Shown here: positions 14,246 through 26,359 of the stretch, piece by piece
Layout of the letters: the number at the start of each line of letters is the position of its first letter
Numbering within the stretch: position 1 is the stretch's first letter
From: Pristiophorus japonicus
Taxonomy: Eukaryota
Direction of reading: 5' to 3'
Assembly (NCBI RefSeq): GCF_044704955.1
Contig: NC_091977.1
Coordinates: 255,316,001-255,380,000, forward strand
Length of the DNA: 64,000 bases
The notes under the pieces: generated by a model
Told to the model about the DNA's origin: nothing
What the model saw: only the letters and a program-made list of their open reading frames with translations
Databases searched by the model: none
Position numbers and translations under genes: made by a program

Positions 14246-15213
14246 TCATTCATCCGCTTCGTAAACCAGCCTTGCTGCGGGCTTCCTGCACATTCTGGCT
14301 AAATGTCCACTGAAGTTACAATTTCTACAGATGAATTGTTGAAACCTGCAGGTTTTCGCAGCATGTCTGCCCCCGTACCTCCAGCATGAGCCGAGATTGT
14401 TGTGAACAAAAGAGCTGTTACCAGGCATTCCTCTCTGATTGTCTCTTTGATTACTCTTGACCACTCTGTTAGTGGGTGTCAGTAGTCCCATCCCGGGACA
14501 TATTGTCCCTTGTGATGGTGTAAATATCCGTTCAACCTGCCATTTTCTCTGTTGAGGACCCACCCTAGAGTCTGTTACTGCCTGGTTGGTGTCAAATTGC
14601 GCTTGCCTGCCTGCAGGTTCTGAATAACATTTACCATGTTAACTCCCTGCTCCATCACCACGTTGTGGGCAGAGTTGCGCGCGTATATGATCTTGGTTTC
14701 CTCTTCCCCCGCCATGAAGGTTTGAGCCATCAATGCCGCTGCATCCAAGGTCAAGTCCTTGGTCTCAATTAGCTTCCTAAAAATCCCGGCATGACCAATG
14801 CCCTCAATGAAAAAATCCCATAACATCTCCCCCCTACAGGCGTCTGTGAACTGACAGAGGCTGGCCAAGCGCCAAAGGTCCACAACGAAGTCCGGTATGC
14901 TCTGTCGTTCCCGACGTCGGTGTGTATAGAATCGGTGTCGGGCCATGTGTATACTACTCGCCGGTTTGAGGTGCTCACCGATCAATTTGCTGAACTCCTC
15001 AAAGGTCTTGTCCGCCGGCTTCTCAGGTGCGAGCAGGTCTTTCATCAGCGTGTATGTCTTCGGTTCACAGCTGGTCAGTAGATGCGCCCTTCGCTTATCA
15101 GCCGCTGCCGCTCCCAGCCAGTCCTTCGTAACAAAGCTCTGCTGGAGCCTCTCAACGAAATTGTCCCAGTCTTCACCAACACAGCACCGTTCCTCTGAGC
15201 TACCGGTGGCCAT
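14246..15213 (-). pseudogene. Gypsy gag with two zinc knuckles (disrupted)
   Basis: WDNFVERLQQ..., CWRYGGRHAAKTC and CRNCNFSGHLARMC; split over two ORFs. Confidence 0.9.
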
Positions 15214-15229
15214 TCTTGAGAGTCGTTGA

Positions 15230-15248
15230 TTCCCGTTTCTCGTCACCA
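15230..15248 (-). promoter_or_regulatory. Primer-binding site, tRNA-Ser(GCU)-like
   Basis: TGGTGACGAGAAACGGGA 2 nt after the 5' LTR; resembles TGGCGACGAGGATGGGA (tRNA 3' end recalled, not looked up). Confidence 0.7.
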
Positions 15249-15250
15249 AA

Positions 15251-15510
15251 TGTTATGTCCTTACACTCTACTGTAAATCAACACAAGCACATGCTTGAGA
15301 CAAGGTCACTCTGTGACCTGCACCTTTATTCACAGGACCAAGAAGTGATGATCCTGCATGGGACCTCCCTTTATATACCTGGATGACCAGGTGAGGAGTG
15401 TCTCCCACAAGTTCACCCCCTGTGGTCAAGGTGTGCATTTCTTAGGTGTATACAGTGTACAGTGTTGTTACATGAAGGTTACAGTTAAATGAAGATTACA
15501 TATATGAACA
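15251..15510 (-). repeat. 5' LTR of Gypsy element 1
   Basis: TG...CA ends; minus-strand TATATAAA and AATAAA; direct repeat of 10798-11060. Confidence 0.93.
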
Positions 15511-18500
15511 ACCGTGATTCACCATGAGCCCCAATTCACTGCGAGCCCCTATTCATCGTGAGTCCCAAATCACCGTGATTCATCGCGAGCCTCGATTCAC
15601 CGTGAGACCCAATTCTACATGATTCACCGTTAGACACAATTCACCACAATTCACCGCAAGGCTCGATTCACCGTGATTCACCACGAGCCCTGATTCACTA
15701 CGAGCCCTGAATCACCGTGAACCCTGATTCATCCTGAGCCCCGATTCAACGTGAACCCCGATTCACCACAATTCACCATCAGCCCCAATTCACCACAATC
15801 ACCGTGAGCCCCGATTCACCGTAATAACTGTGAACCCCGATTCAGCACGAACCTTGATTCACCGTGATTCACCATAAGCCCCAATTTACCATGATAACTG
15901 TGAGCCCCGATTCACCATGAGTACTGATTCACCACGATTCACCACGAGTCTCGATTCACGGTGATTCACCGTGAGCCATGATTCACCTTGAGCCCCGATT
16001 CAACGTGAACCTCGATTCACCGCAACCCCAGATTCACCTTGATTCACCGTGAGCCCTGATTCACCAATATTCATGATTCACCGCAATTCATCACAAGCCC
16101 TGATTCACTGCAAGTTGCTTGAGCCCTGATTCACTGTGAGCCCCAATTCACAACAATTCACCATCAGCCCCAATTCACCGTGATCCCCAATTCACCATCA
16201 TTCAACACGAACCTCAATTCACCATCTGACCCGATTCACTGTGAACCAGAATCACCGTGATTCATCATGAGCCCCGATTCACCACAATTCACCATGAATC
16301 ACGATGCACCGCAATTCACCGTAAGCCCCGATTCACTGCAAATTGCTTGAGCCCCGATTCACTGTGTGCCCCCATTCACCTTGAACCCTGATCCACTGCG
16401 AGCCCCGATTCACTATGATTCACCACAAGCCCTGATTCACCGTGAGCCCCAAATCACCGTAAGCCCCAATTCACCATAATTTACTGTGAGCCCTGATTCA
16501 CCATAATTCACCACGAGCCTCAATTCACCGTGAGACCCGATTCACCGTATTTCACCATGTGCCCTGATTCACCAAGTGTCACGATGCACCATGATTCACC
16601 GCGAGCCCCAATTCACCATGAGCCCCGATTCACCATGAGCCCCGATTCACCATGAGTCATGATGCACTGAGATATACTGTGATCCGAGATTCACCGTGAG
16701 CCCGGACTCACTTTGAACCGACATCACCGTGAGCCCGATTCACAGTGAGCCCAGATTCACCATCAGCCCGGATTCACCATGATCCCAGATGCGCCATGAG
16801 CCCCGATTCACCACAAGCTCAGATTCACCATGAGCCATGATTCATTGTGAGCCCCGATTCACCACGAGCTCAGATTCACTGTGAGCCCCGATTCACCACG
16901 AGCTCAGATTCACCGTGAGCCCTGATTCACAGTGAACCCCGATACAGCACAAGCGCCGTTTCACCGTGATTCACCATGTGCCCTGATTCACCAAGTGTCA
17001 CGATGCACCATGATTCACCGCGAGCCCCAATTCACCATGAGCCCCGATTCACCATGAGTCATGATGCACTGAGATATACTGTGATCCGAGATTCACCGTG
17101 AGCCCGGACTCACTTTGAACCGACATCACCGTGAGCCCGATTCACAGTGAGCCCAGATTCACCATCAGCCCGGATTCACCATGATCCCAGATGCGCCATG
17201 AGCCCCGATTCACCACAAGCTCAGATTCACCATGAGCCCCGATTCACCGCGAGCTCAGATTCACTGTGAGCCCCGATTCACCACGAGCTCAGATTCACCG
17301 TGAGCCCTGATTCACCGTGAACCCCGATACAGCACAAGCGCCGTTTCACCGTGATTCACCACGAGCCAGGATTAATTGTCAACCCCAATTTGCCACAATT
17401 CACCATCAGCCCAAATTCACCACAATCACTATAAGCCCCAATTCACCGTGATTCACCGTGAGCCCTGATTCATCGCCAGCCCTGATTCACCGTGGTTCAC
17501 CGCAAGCCCCGATTCACCATGAGTTCCAAATCACTGTGGTCACTATGAGCCCCAATTCACCATGAGCCCCGATTCACTGATTCACCATGAGACTCGATTC
17601 ACCGTGAGACCCGATTCATCGCGATCCCCGATTCAGCTTGATTCACTGTGAGTCCTGATTCACCATTAATCACGATGCACCGCAATTCACCGTGAGCCCC
17701 GTTTCATTGTAAATTGCCCTGAGCTCCGATTCACTGCGCCCCAATTCACTGTGATTCACCACGAGCCTCGATTCACTATGAGCCCCGATTCACCGCGAGC
17801 CCTGATTCACCTTGATTCACCATGAGCCCCGATTCACCATGATCCCAGATTCACCACAAGCCCTGATTCACCGTGAACCCCGATTCACATTGAGCCCTGA
17901 TTCACCATGAACCTCAATTTGCCACACTTCACCATCAGTCCAAATTTCACCACAATCACTGTAAGCCCCAATTCACCGTGATTCACCATGAGCCCTGATT
18001 CACCGTGAGCCCTGATTCACTACGAGCCCTGATTCACCGTAAGACTCGATTCACCGTGAGACCCAATTCATCATGATTCACCACGAGCGTTGATTCACCA
18101 TGAGACCTGATTCACTACGAGCCCCGATTCACCTTGATTCACCATGAGCCCTGATTTACCATTAATCATGATGCACCGCAATACACCATGAGCCCTGATT
18201 CACTGCAAATTGCCGTGAGACCTGATTCACCATGAGATCCAATTCACCACAATTCACTGTGATTCACAGAGCCCGATTCACCGTGTGCCCCGATTCACCT
18301 TGATTCACTGTGCGCTTAGATTCACCGATTCACTTCAAATTGCTGAACCCCGATTCACAATGAGCCCCAATTCACTACAATTCACCGTGAGCCCCGATTC
18401 ACTGTGATTCACCATGAGCCCCGATTCACCGTGTGACCCGATTCACCGTGATTCACCACAAAACTCAATTCACTGTGTGACTTGATGCGCTGTGAACCAG

Positions 18501-21305
18501 AATCACCGTGATTCACTTGAGCTCCGATTCACCGTGAGCCCTGATTCACCATGAGTCACGATGCACTGTGATACACCATGCTCCGAGATTCACCGTGAGC
18601 CACGATTCACCGTGAGACCCGACTCATTGCAAGCCCCGATTCGCAGTGAGCTCTGATTCTCCGCAAGCCCCGATTCACCATGAGCCCCAATTCACCACGA
18701 TCTCAGATTCACCGTGAGCCCCGATTCACCGCGAACCCCGATTCGGCCCGATTCACCATGAGCTCCAAATCACCGAGATTACTGTGAGCCCCAATTCACC
18801 ATGAGCCCCAATTCATCTTGATCATCGTGAGCCCTGATACACCATGAATCACGATGCATCGCAATTCACTGCGAGCCCCGATTCACTGCAAATTGCCATG
18901 AGGCCCAATTCACCATGAGACCCAATTCACCACAATTCACCACAAGCCCCGATTCACTGTGAGCCCCAAATCACCGTGATCACTGTGAGTCCCGATTCAC
19001 ATGAGCAGCGATTCACCGTGATTCACTACGAGGCTCGATTCACCGTTGGTCCTATTCGCTGTGATTCACCATGAACCTCGATTCACCATGAGCCATGATT
19101 GACCGTGAACCCCGAATCACCTTGCCTCACCAAGAGCCCCAATTCACCACAATTCACCGTGAGCCCTATTCACCATAATTCTCCACGAGCCTCGATTCAG
19201 CACGATCACCGATTCACCATGAGACATGATTCTCCGTGAGCCCCGATTCACCCAACCCCTGATTCACCGCAAGCCCCGATTCACCTTGAGCCCCAAATCA
19301 CCATGATCACTGTGAGCCCGATTCTCTGAGCCCTGATTCACTGCAAATTGCCGTGAGCCCAGATTCACCGTGAGCCCCAATTCACCTTGAGCCCCAAATC
19401 ACCGTGATCACTGTGAGCCCGATTCTCTGAGCCCTGATTCACTGCAAATTGCCATGAGCCCAGATTCACCGTGAGCCTCAATTCACCCTGAACCTCGATT
19501 CACCATGAACCCCGATTCGCCACAATTCACCACAATTCACCAAATGCCCAAATTCATGACAATCACTGTAAGCCCCGATTTACCATGAACCCCAAATCTC
19601 CGAGATCACTGTGAGCCCTGATTCACCGTGAGCCTCGATTCACCTTGATCACCGTGAGCCCTGATACATCATGAATCACAATACACCGCAATTCACCGCG
19701 AGCCCCGATTCACTGCATATTGCCGTGAGGCCCAATTCACCATGAGACCCAATTCACCACAATTCATCGCAAGCCCCGATTCACCGTGATTCACCACAAG
19801 GCTCGATTCACCATGAGACCCGATTTGCCCTGATTCACCACGAGCCTCGATTCATTGTGAGCCATGATTGACTGCGAGCCCCGAATCACCTTGATTCACC
19901 GAGAGTTCCAATTCACCACAATTCACTGCGAGCCCTTTTCACCATGATTCACCACAAGCCTCGATTCAGCACGAGCGCCGATTCACCATGAGATATGATT
20001 CACCGTGAGCCCCGATTAACCCAAGGCCCGATTCACCATGAGCCCCAAATCAGCACAATGGCCATTTCACCATGATTCACTGTGAGCCCCGATTCAGTGT
20101 GAGCCCCGATTCACCTTGAACCCCAATTCACCAAAAAACCCCGAAACGCCACAATTCACCATCAGCCCAAATTCACCACAATCACCGTCGGTCCTGATTC
20201 ATTGTGATTCACCGCAATTCCTGCTTTACCATGAGCCCCAAATTACCGTGATCACTCTGAGTCCTAATTCACCATGAGCCCCAATTCACTGCAAATTGTC
20301 ATGAGCCCAGATTCACCATTAGCCCCGATTCACCCTGAGCCCCGATTCACCGTGAGCCCTGATTCACCACAATTCACCATGAGCCCCGATTCACCGTGTT
20401 TCAACACGAGCCCCGATTCACCTTAAGCCCTTATTCACTGTGAGCCCCAATTCACCACAAGCCCTGATTCACCGTGACTCACTGTGAGCCTCAATTCACC
20501 GTGAACCTCTATTCACCATGAGACCCGATTCACTGTGAGACCCAATTCATCATGAGCCCCGATTCAGCTTGATCACCATGAGCCCTGATACACTATGAAT
20601 CACGATGCACCACGAGCCCCGATTTACTGCAAATTGCCATGAGGCCAGATTCACCATGAGGCCCAATTCACCACAATTCACTGCAAGCCCCGATTCACCA
20701 TGAGCCCCAAATCACCGTGATCACTGTGAGTCCCGATTCACCGTGAGCCCCGATTCACCATGATTCACCACGAGGCTCAATTCACCATGAGACCCGATTC
20801 GCCGTGATTCACTGCGAGCCTCGATTCACCGTGAGTCATGATTGACCACGAGCCCTGATTCACCTTGATTCACCGAGAGCCTCAATTCTCCAAAATTCAC
20901 CGTGAGCCCTATTCACCGTGATTCACCACAAGCCTCGATTCAGTATGAGCCACGATTCACCATGAGTCCCAATTAACCCAAGCCCCGATTCACCACGAGC
21001 CCTGATTCACCGTGAACCCCGATTCAGAGCAAGCGCCAATTCACCGTGATTCACCGCGAGCCCCGATTCACCGTGAGCCCCGATTCACCATGAGCCCCAA
21101 ATCACCGTAATTACTATGAGCCCCGATTCACCACGAGCCCCGATTCACTGCAAATTGCCGTGAGCCCAGATTCACTGTGAGCCCCAAATCACCGTGAGCC
21201 CCGATTCACCACAATTCACTGTGAGCCCCGATTCACCCTGAGCCCTGTTTCTCGGCAAGCCCCAAATCACCGTGATTGCCCGTGAGCCCAGATTCACCAC
21301 GAGTC
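15511..21305 (+). repeat. Satellite array, right block (same units, less regular higher-order structure)
   Basis: Same GATTCACC units; ends abruptly at a LINE tail near 21306. Confidence 0.96.
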
Positions 21306-22478
21306 ACATAAGAACATAAGAAATAAGAACAGGAGTAGACAATTTGGCCCTTGAGCCTGCTCCGCCATTCATTAGAAACATAGAAAATAGGTGCAGGAGT
21401 AGGCCATTCGGCCCTTCGAGCCTGCATCACCATTCAATAAGATCATGGCTGATCTGATCATGGATTCAGCTCCACTTCCCTGCCCGCTCCCCATAATCCT
21501 TTACTCTCTTAGCGATCAAAATCTGTCTATCTCCGCCCTAAATATATTCAATGACTCAGCCTCCACAGCTCTCTGGAGCAGAGAAATCCATAGATTTAGA
21601 ACCCTCTGAGAAATGACATTTCTCCTCATCTCAGGTTTAAATGGGTGGCCCTTTATTCGGAGACTATGTCCCCTAGTTTTAGTTTCCCCTATGAGTAGAA
21701 ATAACCTCTCTGCTTCCAACTTGTCGACCCACTCATTATCTTATAACTTTCAATAAGATCACCTCTCATTCTTCTGAACTCCAATGTGTATGGGCCCAAC
21801 CTACTCAACCTATCCTCATAAGTCAACACCCTCATAAGAACATAAGAACATAAGAAATAGGAGCAGGAGTAGGCCACATGGCCCTTCGAGCCTGCTCCGC
21901 CATTCAATACGATCATGGCTCATCATGGACTCAGGTCCACTTCTCTGCCCGCTCTCCATAACCCCTATTCTCTTATCTGTTAAGAAACTGTCTATCTCTT
22001 AATTACATTTATTCAATGTCCCAGCTTCCACAGCTCTCTGAGGCAGCGAATTCCACAGATTTACAACCCACTGAGAGAAGAAATTCCTCCTCATCTCAGT
22101 TTTAAATGGGCAGCCTCTTATTCTAAGATTATGCCTTCTAGTTCTAGTCTCCCCCATCAGTGGAAACATCCTCTCTGCATCTAACTTGTCAAGCCCCCTC
22201 ATAATCCGAAACCTTTCGATAAGATCACCTCTCATTCTTCTGAATTCCAATGAGTAGAGGCCCAACCTACTCAACCTTTCCTTGTAAGTCAACCCCCTCA
22301 TCTCTGGAATCAACCTAGTGAACCTTCTCTGAACTGCCTCCAAAGCAAGTATATCCTTTCTTAAATATGGAAACCAAAACTGCACGCAGTATTCCAGGTG
22401 TGGCCTCACCAATACCCTGTCTAACTGTAGCAAGACTTCCCTGCTTTTATACTCCATCCCCTTTGCATTAAAGGCCAA
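21306..22478 (-). mobile_element. Three stacked CR1-like LINE 3' fragments
   Basis: Tails (CATAAGAA)n at ~21307 and ~21833, (CATAGAAA)n at ~21373; ORF2 C-terminus [11 protein letters not shown]...FFSQWVVNLWNSLP at 21999-22478. Confidence 0.92.
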
Positions 22479-24590
22479 GGGCTAGATTTTACACTTTTGT
22501 GCTTAGCGCCTAAAAATGGGCGTTATTTCCGGCGTGGGCGGTAAAAATGGGTTTTCAGATTGCTGGCTTCTCACCCATTCTCAAAGCGCCTAGTCTCCAT
22601 TTTTGAAATTGGGTGTTACCACGAGCGATATGAAATGGGCAGTAGCATTAAATCTCGCTGACCTTCTGCCGTAAAGTGTCGCCATCTTCAGCAACGGCAT
22701 GGCAACACTCGATTCCCGCGATTCAGGAGGTTATGGGTCATACTGACATGCGCAGAGGGGGAGACAGAGAGAGAGGGAGCTGAGAGGGACTGAAGGCGTG
22801 TGTGGCTGTGGTGTGTGCTTGTTTGGCTGTTGTGGGAGGCACGAGGGCGACTCACCAGTAGCAAAAAGCCTACTAAGCACGGAGAACATAGTTGGCACCG
22901 AGTTTTTGTCCAACAAATAATATATAACATGGAAAGGATGGTGGAGTCCCTGGAGCTGGTAGCCAGGAACACTGGTGGTTTCCAGTGGTCCTGAAGGTGC
23001 CGCACCCCCATTGCCAACCACACATGTGAGCCAGAAGCAACATCATGGTTCTGGCTCTGAGCACATTCCCACCTCGGGACCATCCTCTCCCGTATCCATC
23101 CAAGCAATGGGTCGGCCGTCATCACCCCTCAATGAAGCATTGCCTAAGGAGCTCCTCGGCCAGGTGGCTTGGAGTCAGGAGGGGAAGGGGAAGGGGTAGA
23201 GGTGGTGAGGGGAAACGGGGAAAGGGTTGGTTTTTGTAGAAATATTTATGATTTCAGACAACTGTTCGGCTTAAATGTTTTTATTTAACAAAACCTTGTT
23301 GCGCATTGGCTCAGCTGGCTACACCGTTACAAGCTGGTCATTCCTTAACATCAAAGGGTATAATTACACTTAACTAATCAACTTAAACTTTAACTGCCAC
23401 CAAAGTGATGCCCACAATTGATGTATGACTTGCACACCCAGCAGTGTGTCAGCTTTATAAGAACTGCCACCAATGTTCTTTCAGGCAAAGCGCTCATTGA
23501 TGAGCTCCTGACGTAAGACTCTTGCAACTATCATGCCACCACGGGCACTTTCATGCGGTCTACAGGGGGGCGGGGGCATGGTTTCAGTATCAGCCTGATT
23601 GTCTGGGCTGATGTCAGCGTCTGCCTCCTCGTCCTCCTTTTCCTCTCTCTGGTGAGGTGGACTGTCAGACTCATCAGGCAATTCTTGTCCCCTCCTGATT
23701 GCCAAGTTAAGCAGCATGGAGCACACCACAATGAATAGAGCTACCTGCTCAGGGTGGTATTGGAGCTCATCTCCTGAGTGGTCCAGGCATCTAAAGCGCT
23801 GCTTAAGCACTCGAATGTTTTTCTCCACGATATTGCGAGTAGCTCTGTAGCTCTCATTGAATCGCCTCTCAGCTTCAGTTTGGGTGTCACGCAGGGGGGG
23901 TCATCAACCAGGTGGTGAGACCATATCCTTTGTCACCAAGCATCCAGCATTGACTTTGTGGCTCATTGTTAAACAAGTCAGATACAGTGCCCTCATGCAG
24001 GATGTGAGCATCATGGATGCTGTCCGGAAATTGAGCATTCACTGCCAGTATAACTTGCTGGCGGTCGCCAACCCGTTGGACATTCAGGGAGTGGAATCCC
24101 TTGCGGTTCCTGAAAATCTCTGCATCCTGAAAAGGTGCCCGCATTGCGATGTGCATACAGTCTATTGCTCCCTGCACCTTGGGGAAGTTTACAATTCTGT
24201 AGAATCCTAGAGCCCTCTCACTCTGTGCCTCACTGGTCATAGGGAAGCTGATCAAGTCTCTCCTGCATGCATACAGGGCTTCAGTGACCTGTCTAATGCA
24301 GCAATGTGTGGCATGCTGAGAAAGTCCGCAAATGTCTCGAGCTGAGGCATGAAAAGAACCCGATGCGTAGAACGACAGTACCGCGGTGACTTTGACCTCG
24401 ACGGACAGTGCAGTATTGATGGCGCTGGCGGGCTGCAGATCTCCCCTTATCAGCTGGCATACCTCAGTGATAACTATTTTGTGGAAGCGCAATCTCCGAA
24501 GGCAGGTTGTGTCGGGCAAGTCGAGGTAAGACTGCTTCTCCCTGTACTTGTGGGGGGTGTATCGTCTGGTCCTCCTCATCAGTCTGGCAC
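22479..24590. mobile_element. PIF/Harbinger DNA transposon remnant: left TIR, deleted Myb gene, transposase
   Basis: TIR GGGCTAGATTTT at 22479 resembles the TIR ending at 52651; 22690-22900 and 22930-23480 match both flanks of the Myb gene of the 49.3-52.6 kb element. Confidence 0.85.
23481..24590 (-). pseudogene. Harbinger (HARBI1-like) DDE transposase, frameshifted near 23890
   Basis: GAIDCMH, RNRKGFHSLNVQ, SIHDAHIL, LGDKGY, VLKQRFRCLD, RQELINERFA-stop. Confidence 0.93.
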
Positions 24591-24591
24591 A

Positions 24592-24662
24592 TCGGGGCTC
24601 GCGGTGAATCGGGCTGACAGTGAATCGGGTCTCGCGGTGAATCGGGCTCAGAGCGAATCGGC
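24592..24662 (-). repeat. About four satellite units in inverted orientation
   Basis: Reverse complement reads CCGATTCGCTCTGAGC CCGATTCACCGCGAGAC CCGATTCACTGTCAGC CCGATTCACCGCGAGCC CCGAT. Confidence 0.9.
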
Positions 24663-25744
24663 AGCCCATTATACACCACGACTTATTTTTTTCCCCAAAC
24701 AGCCCAGGAAATTCCCAACAATCACCAAATTGGCTGTCTTAGCTGCGACATCCCTGGGCTTAAGTTAGAATCAAAGAGCTCTGCATCTGGTCCAAATAGT
24801 TGTCTTGTGCATCCTACGGAAAGTATATATGTGTGGACAGGGATGTGAACAGGATCGGTTTTGACTGTGATATCTCATGCAGTCAAAAGCTTCTTATCAC
24901 TCACTGTCTAGTCATATATATGGGGCAGAGGGACATAGGAGAGGTCTGGCAGGACTGATGGTGCCCATGAAATTGTATCCCAGAATGGTCACCATCTTTG
25001 AAAGGGGGCTGGTGTAGAGAGAAAATCAGAAGGAGAGAAACCAAAAATCATACATATTATTAAGAGAAGTAATGGATAGCTGTGAATCGGTTCACAGCTG
25101 CAAAAGCTTGGTTCAGATAATAAATGGCTTCTGTCCTGTTATCTTATGATGTCATCCAAAACATGAGTGATGTTACAGTTTTGTTTGATTACTTCTTTGC
25201 TCCAGCATTGTTCTCCCTTCAAGCGGCAGTTCTGATATATCATGGTATTACAATTAGATAAATGTTAACACTTGTAGTAACATCATGTATGATTCAATCC
25301 ATCAGTGATTAGTTGATTTTGTGGTTTTGTAAAGGAGAGTAGTTGAGAAATAGTTGGGCACTCCCACCTCTAGGGATGCTATCCTACAGGCTACCAAATC
25401 TCTGCCTGCAGGCACAGAACTTGGCTCGAATGGTTCCAAACATACTGTTACAATAATTGGGTTCCTGAATTTGTTTCTTAACGTAATTCACATATGATTG
25501 ATACCGATATAAGCGCGTCCATTACTGTTATCCTTAGGAAGGGAAATGGCCCTATCTAATGCCAATGCAGTTGACAATGATTGCTTTGAAACACATCCGT
25601 AGTTGTTGAGCATGGCCTCCCGTTCCATAAACCACACTTTAAGAAGCTATGGGAGAAATTCGCCTGGTTTGCACCTCCCGTTAGCACCTGATGGGGGCGG
25701 TAACGGGGTGCTAAGGAGTTACCGACAGGGCGCAGCGAATTCTG

Positions 25745-26195
25745 AAGCTGCAAACGAAACTCCAGGATGGCATGTTGCGTCCCTGGTGCAAGGGTCAAGG
25801 ATGTCTCGGAGCGGCTGCAGTGCATTTTGGAGGGGGCGGATGAACAGCCAGCTGTTGTGGTACATATAGGTACCAACGATATAGGGAAAAAACGGGATGA
25901 AGTTCTACAAGCTGAATTTAGGGAGCTAGGATTAAATTAAAAAGAAGGACCTCAAATATAGTAATCTCAGGATTGCTACCAATGCCACGTGCTAATCAGA
26001 GTAGGAATTGCAGGATAGCTCAGATTGAATACGTGGCTTGAGGAATTGTGCAAGAGGGAGGGATTCCAATTTCTGGGACATTGGAACCGGTTCTGGGGGA
26101 GGTGAGACCATTGGAACCGGACGGTCTGCACCTGCGCAGGACCGGAACCTATGTCCTCGGGGGAGTGTTTGCTAGTGCTGTTGGGGAGGCAGTGG
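25745..26195 (+). pseudogene. CR1-like LINE ORF1 SGNH esterase domain (degenerate)
   Basis: PGARVKDV, VVHIGTND, VISGLLP, DGLHL motifs read across frames. Confidence 0.85.
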
Positions 26196-26359
26196 GAATG
26201 GGAATCTTTGCAGGGAGGCAGAGGGAAGTAAAAAGGGGGCAGAAGCAAAAGGTAGGAAGGAGAAAAACAAGAGTGGAGGGCAGAGAAATCAAGGGCAAAA
26301 ATCAAAAAGCGCCACATTACAACATAATTCTAAAAGGACAAAGAGTGTTAAAAAAACAA

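Larger units (their letters stand above)
10798..15510 (-). mobile_element. Full-length but frameshifted Gypsy (Mag/K02A2.6-like) LTR retrotransposon inserted in the satellite
   Basis: Two ~260-bp TG...CA LTRs, 5-bp TSD ACCGT (10793-10797 and 15511-15515), PBS, PPT, gene order gag-PR-RT-RH-IN. Confidence 0.96.

Noticed and set aside
11171-15229. Multiple plus-strand ORFs over Gypsy element 1
   Set aside because: Antisense shadows of gag-pol with no independent motifs.
1-21305. CRISPR-like or coding interpretation of the repeat array; Ser/Pro/His-rich ORFs
   Set aside because: No unique spacers or cas genes, and the context is eukaryotic. The 17- and 10-bp units shift frame, so the ORFs are by-products.
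23481-24669. Host HARBI1 gene
   Set aside because: Frameshifted, next to a TIR and a Myb remnant; a transposon copy, so no gene symbol was given.
24790-25640. Possible unique or exonic sequence
   Set aside because: No ORF, splice pattern or RNA motif that I can support.
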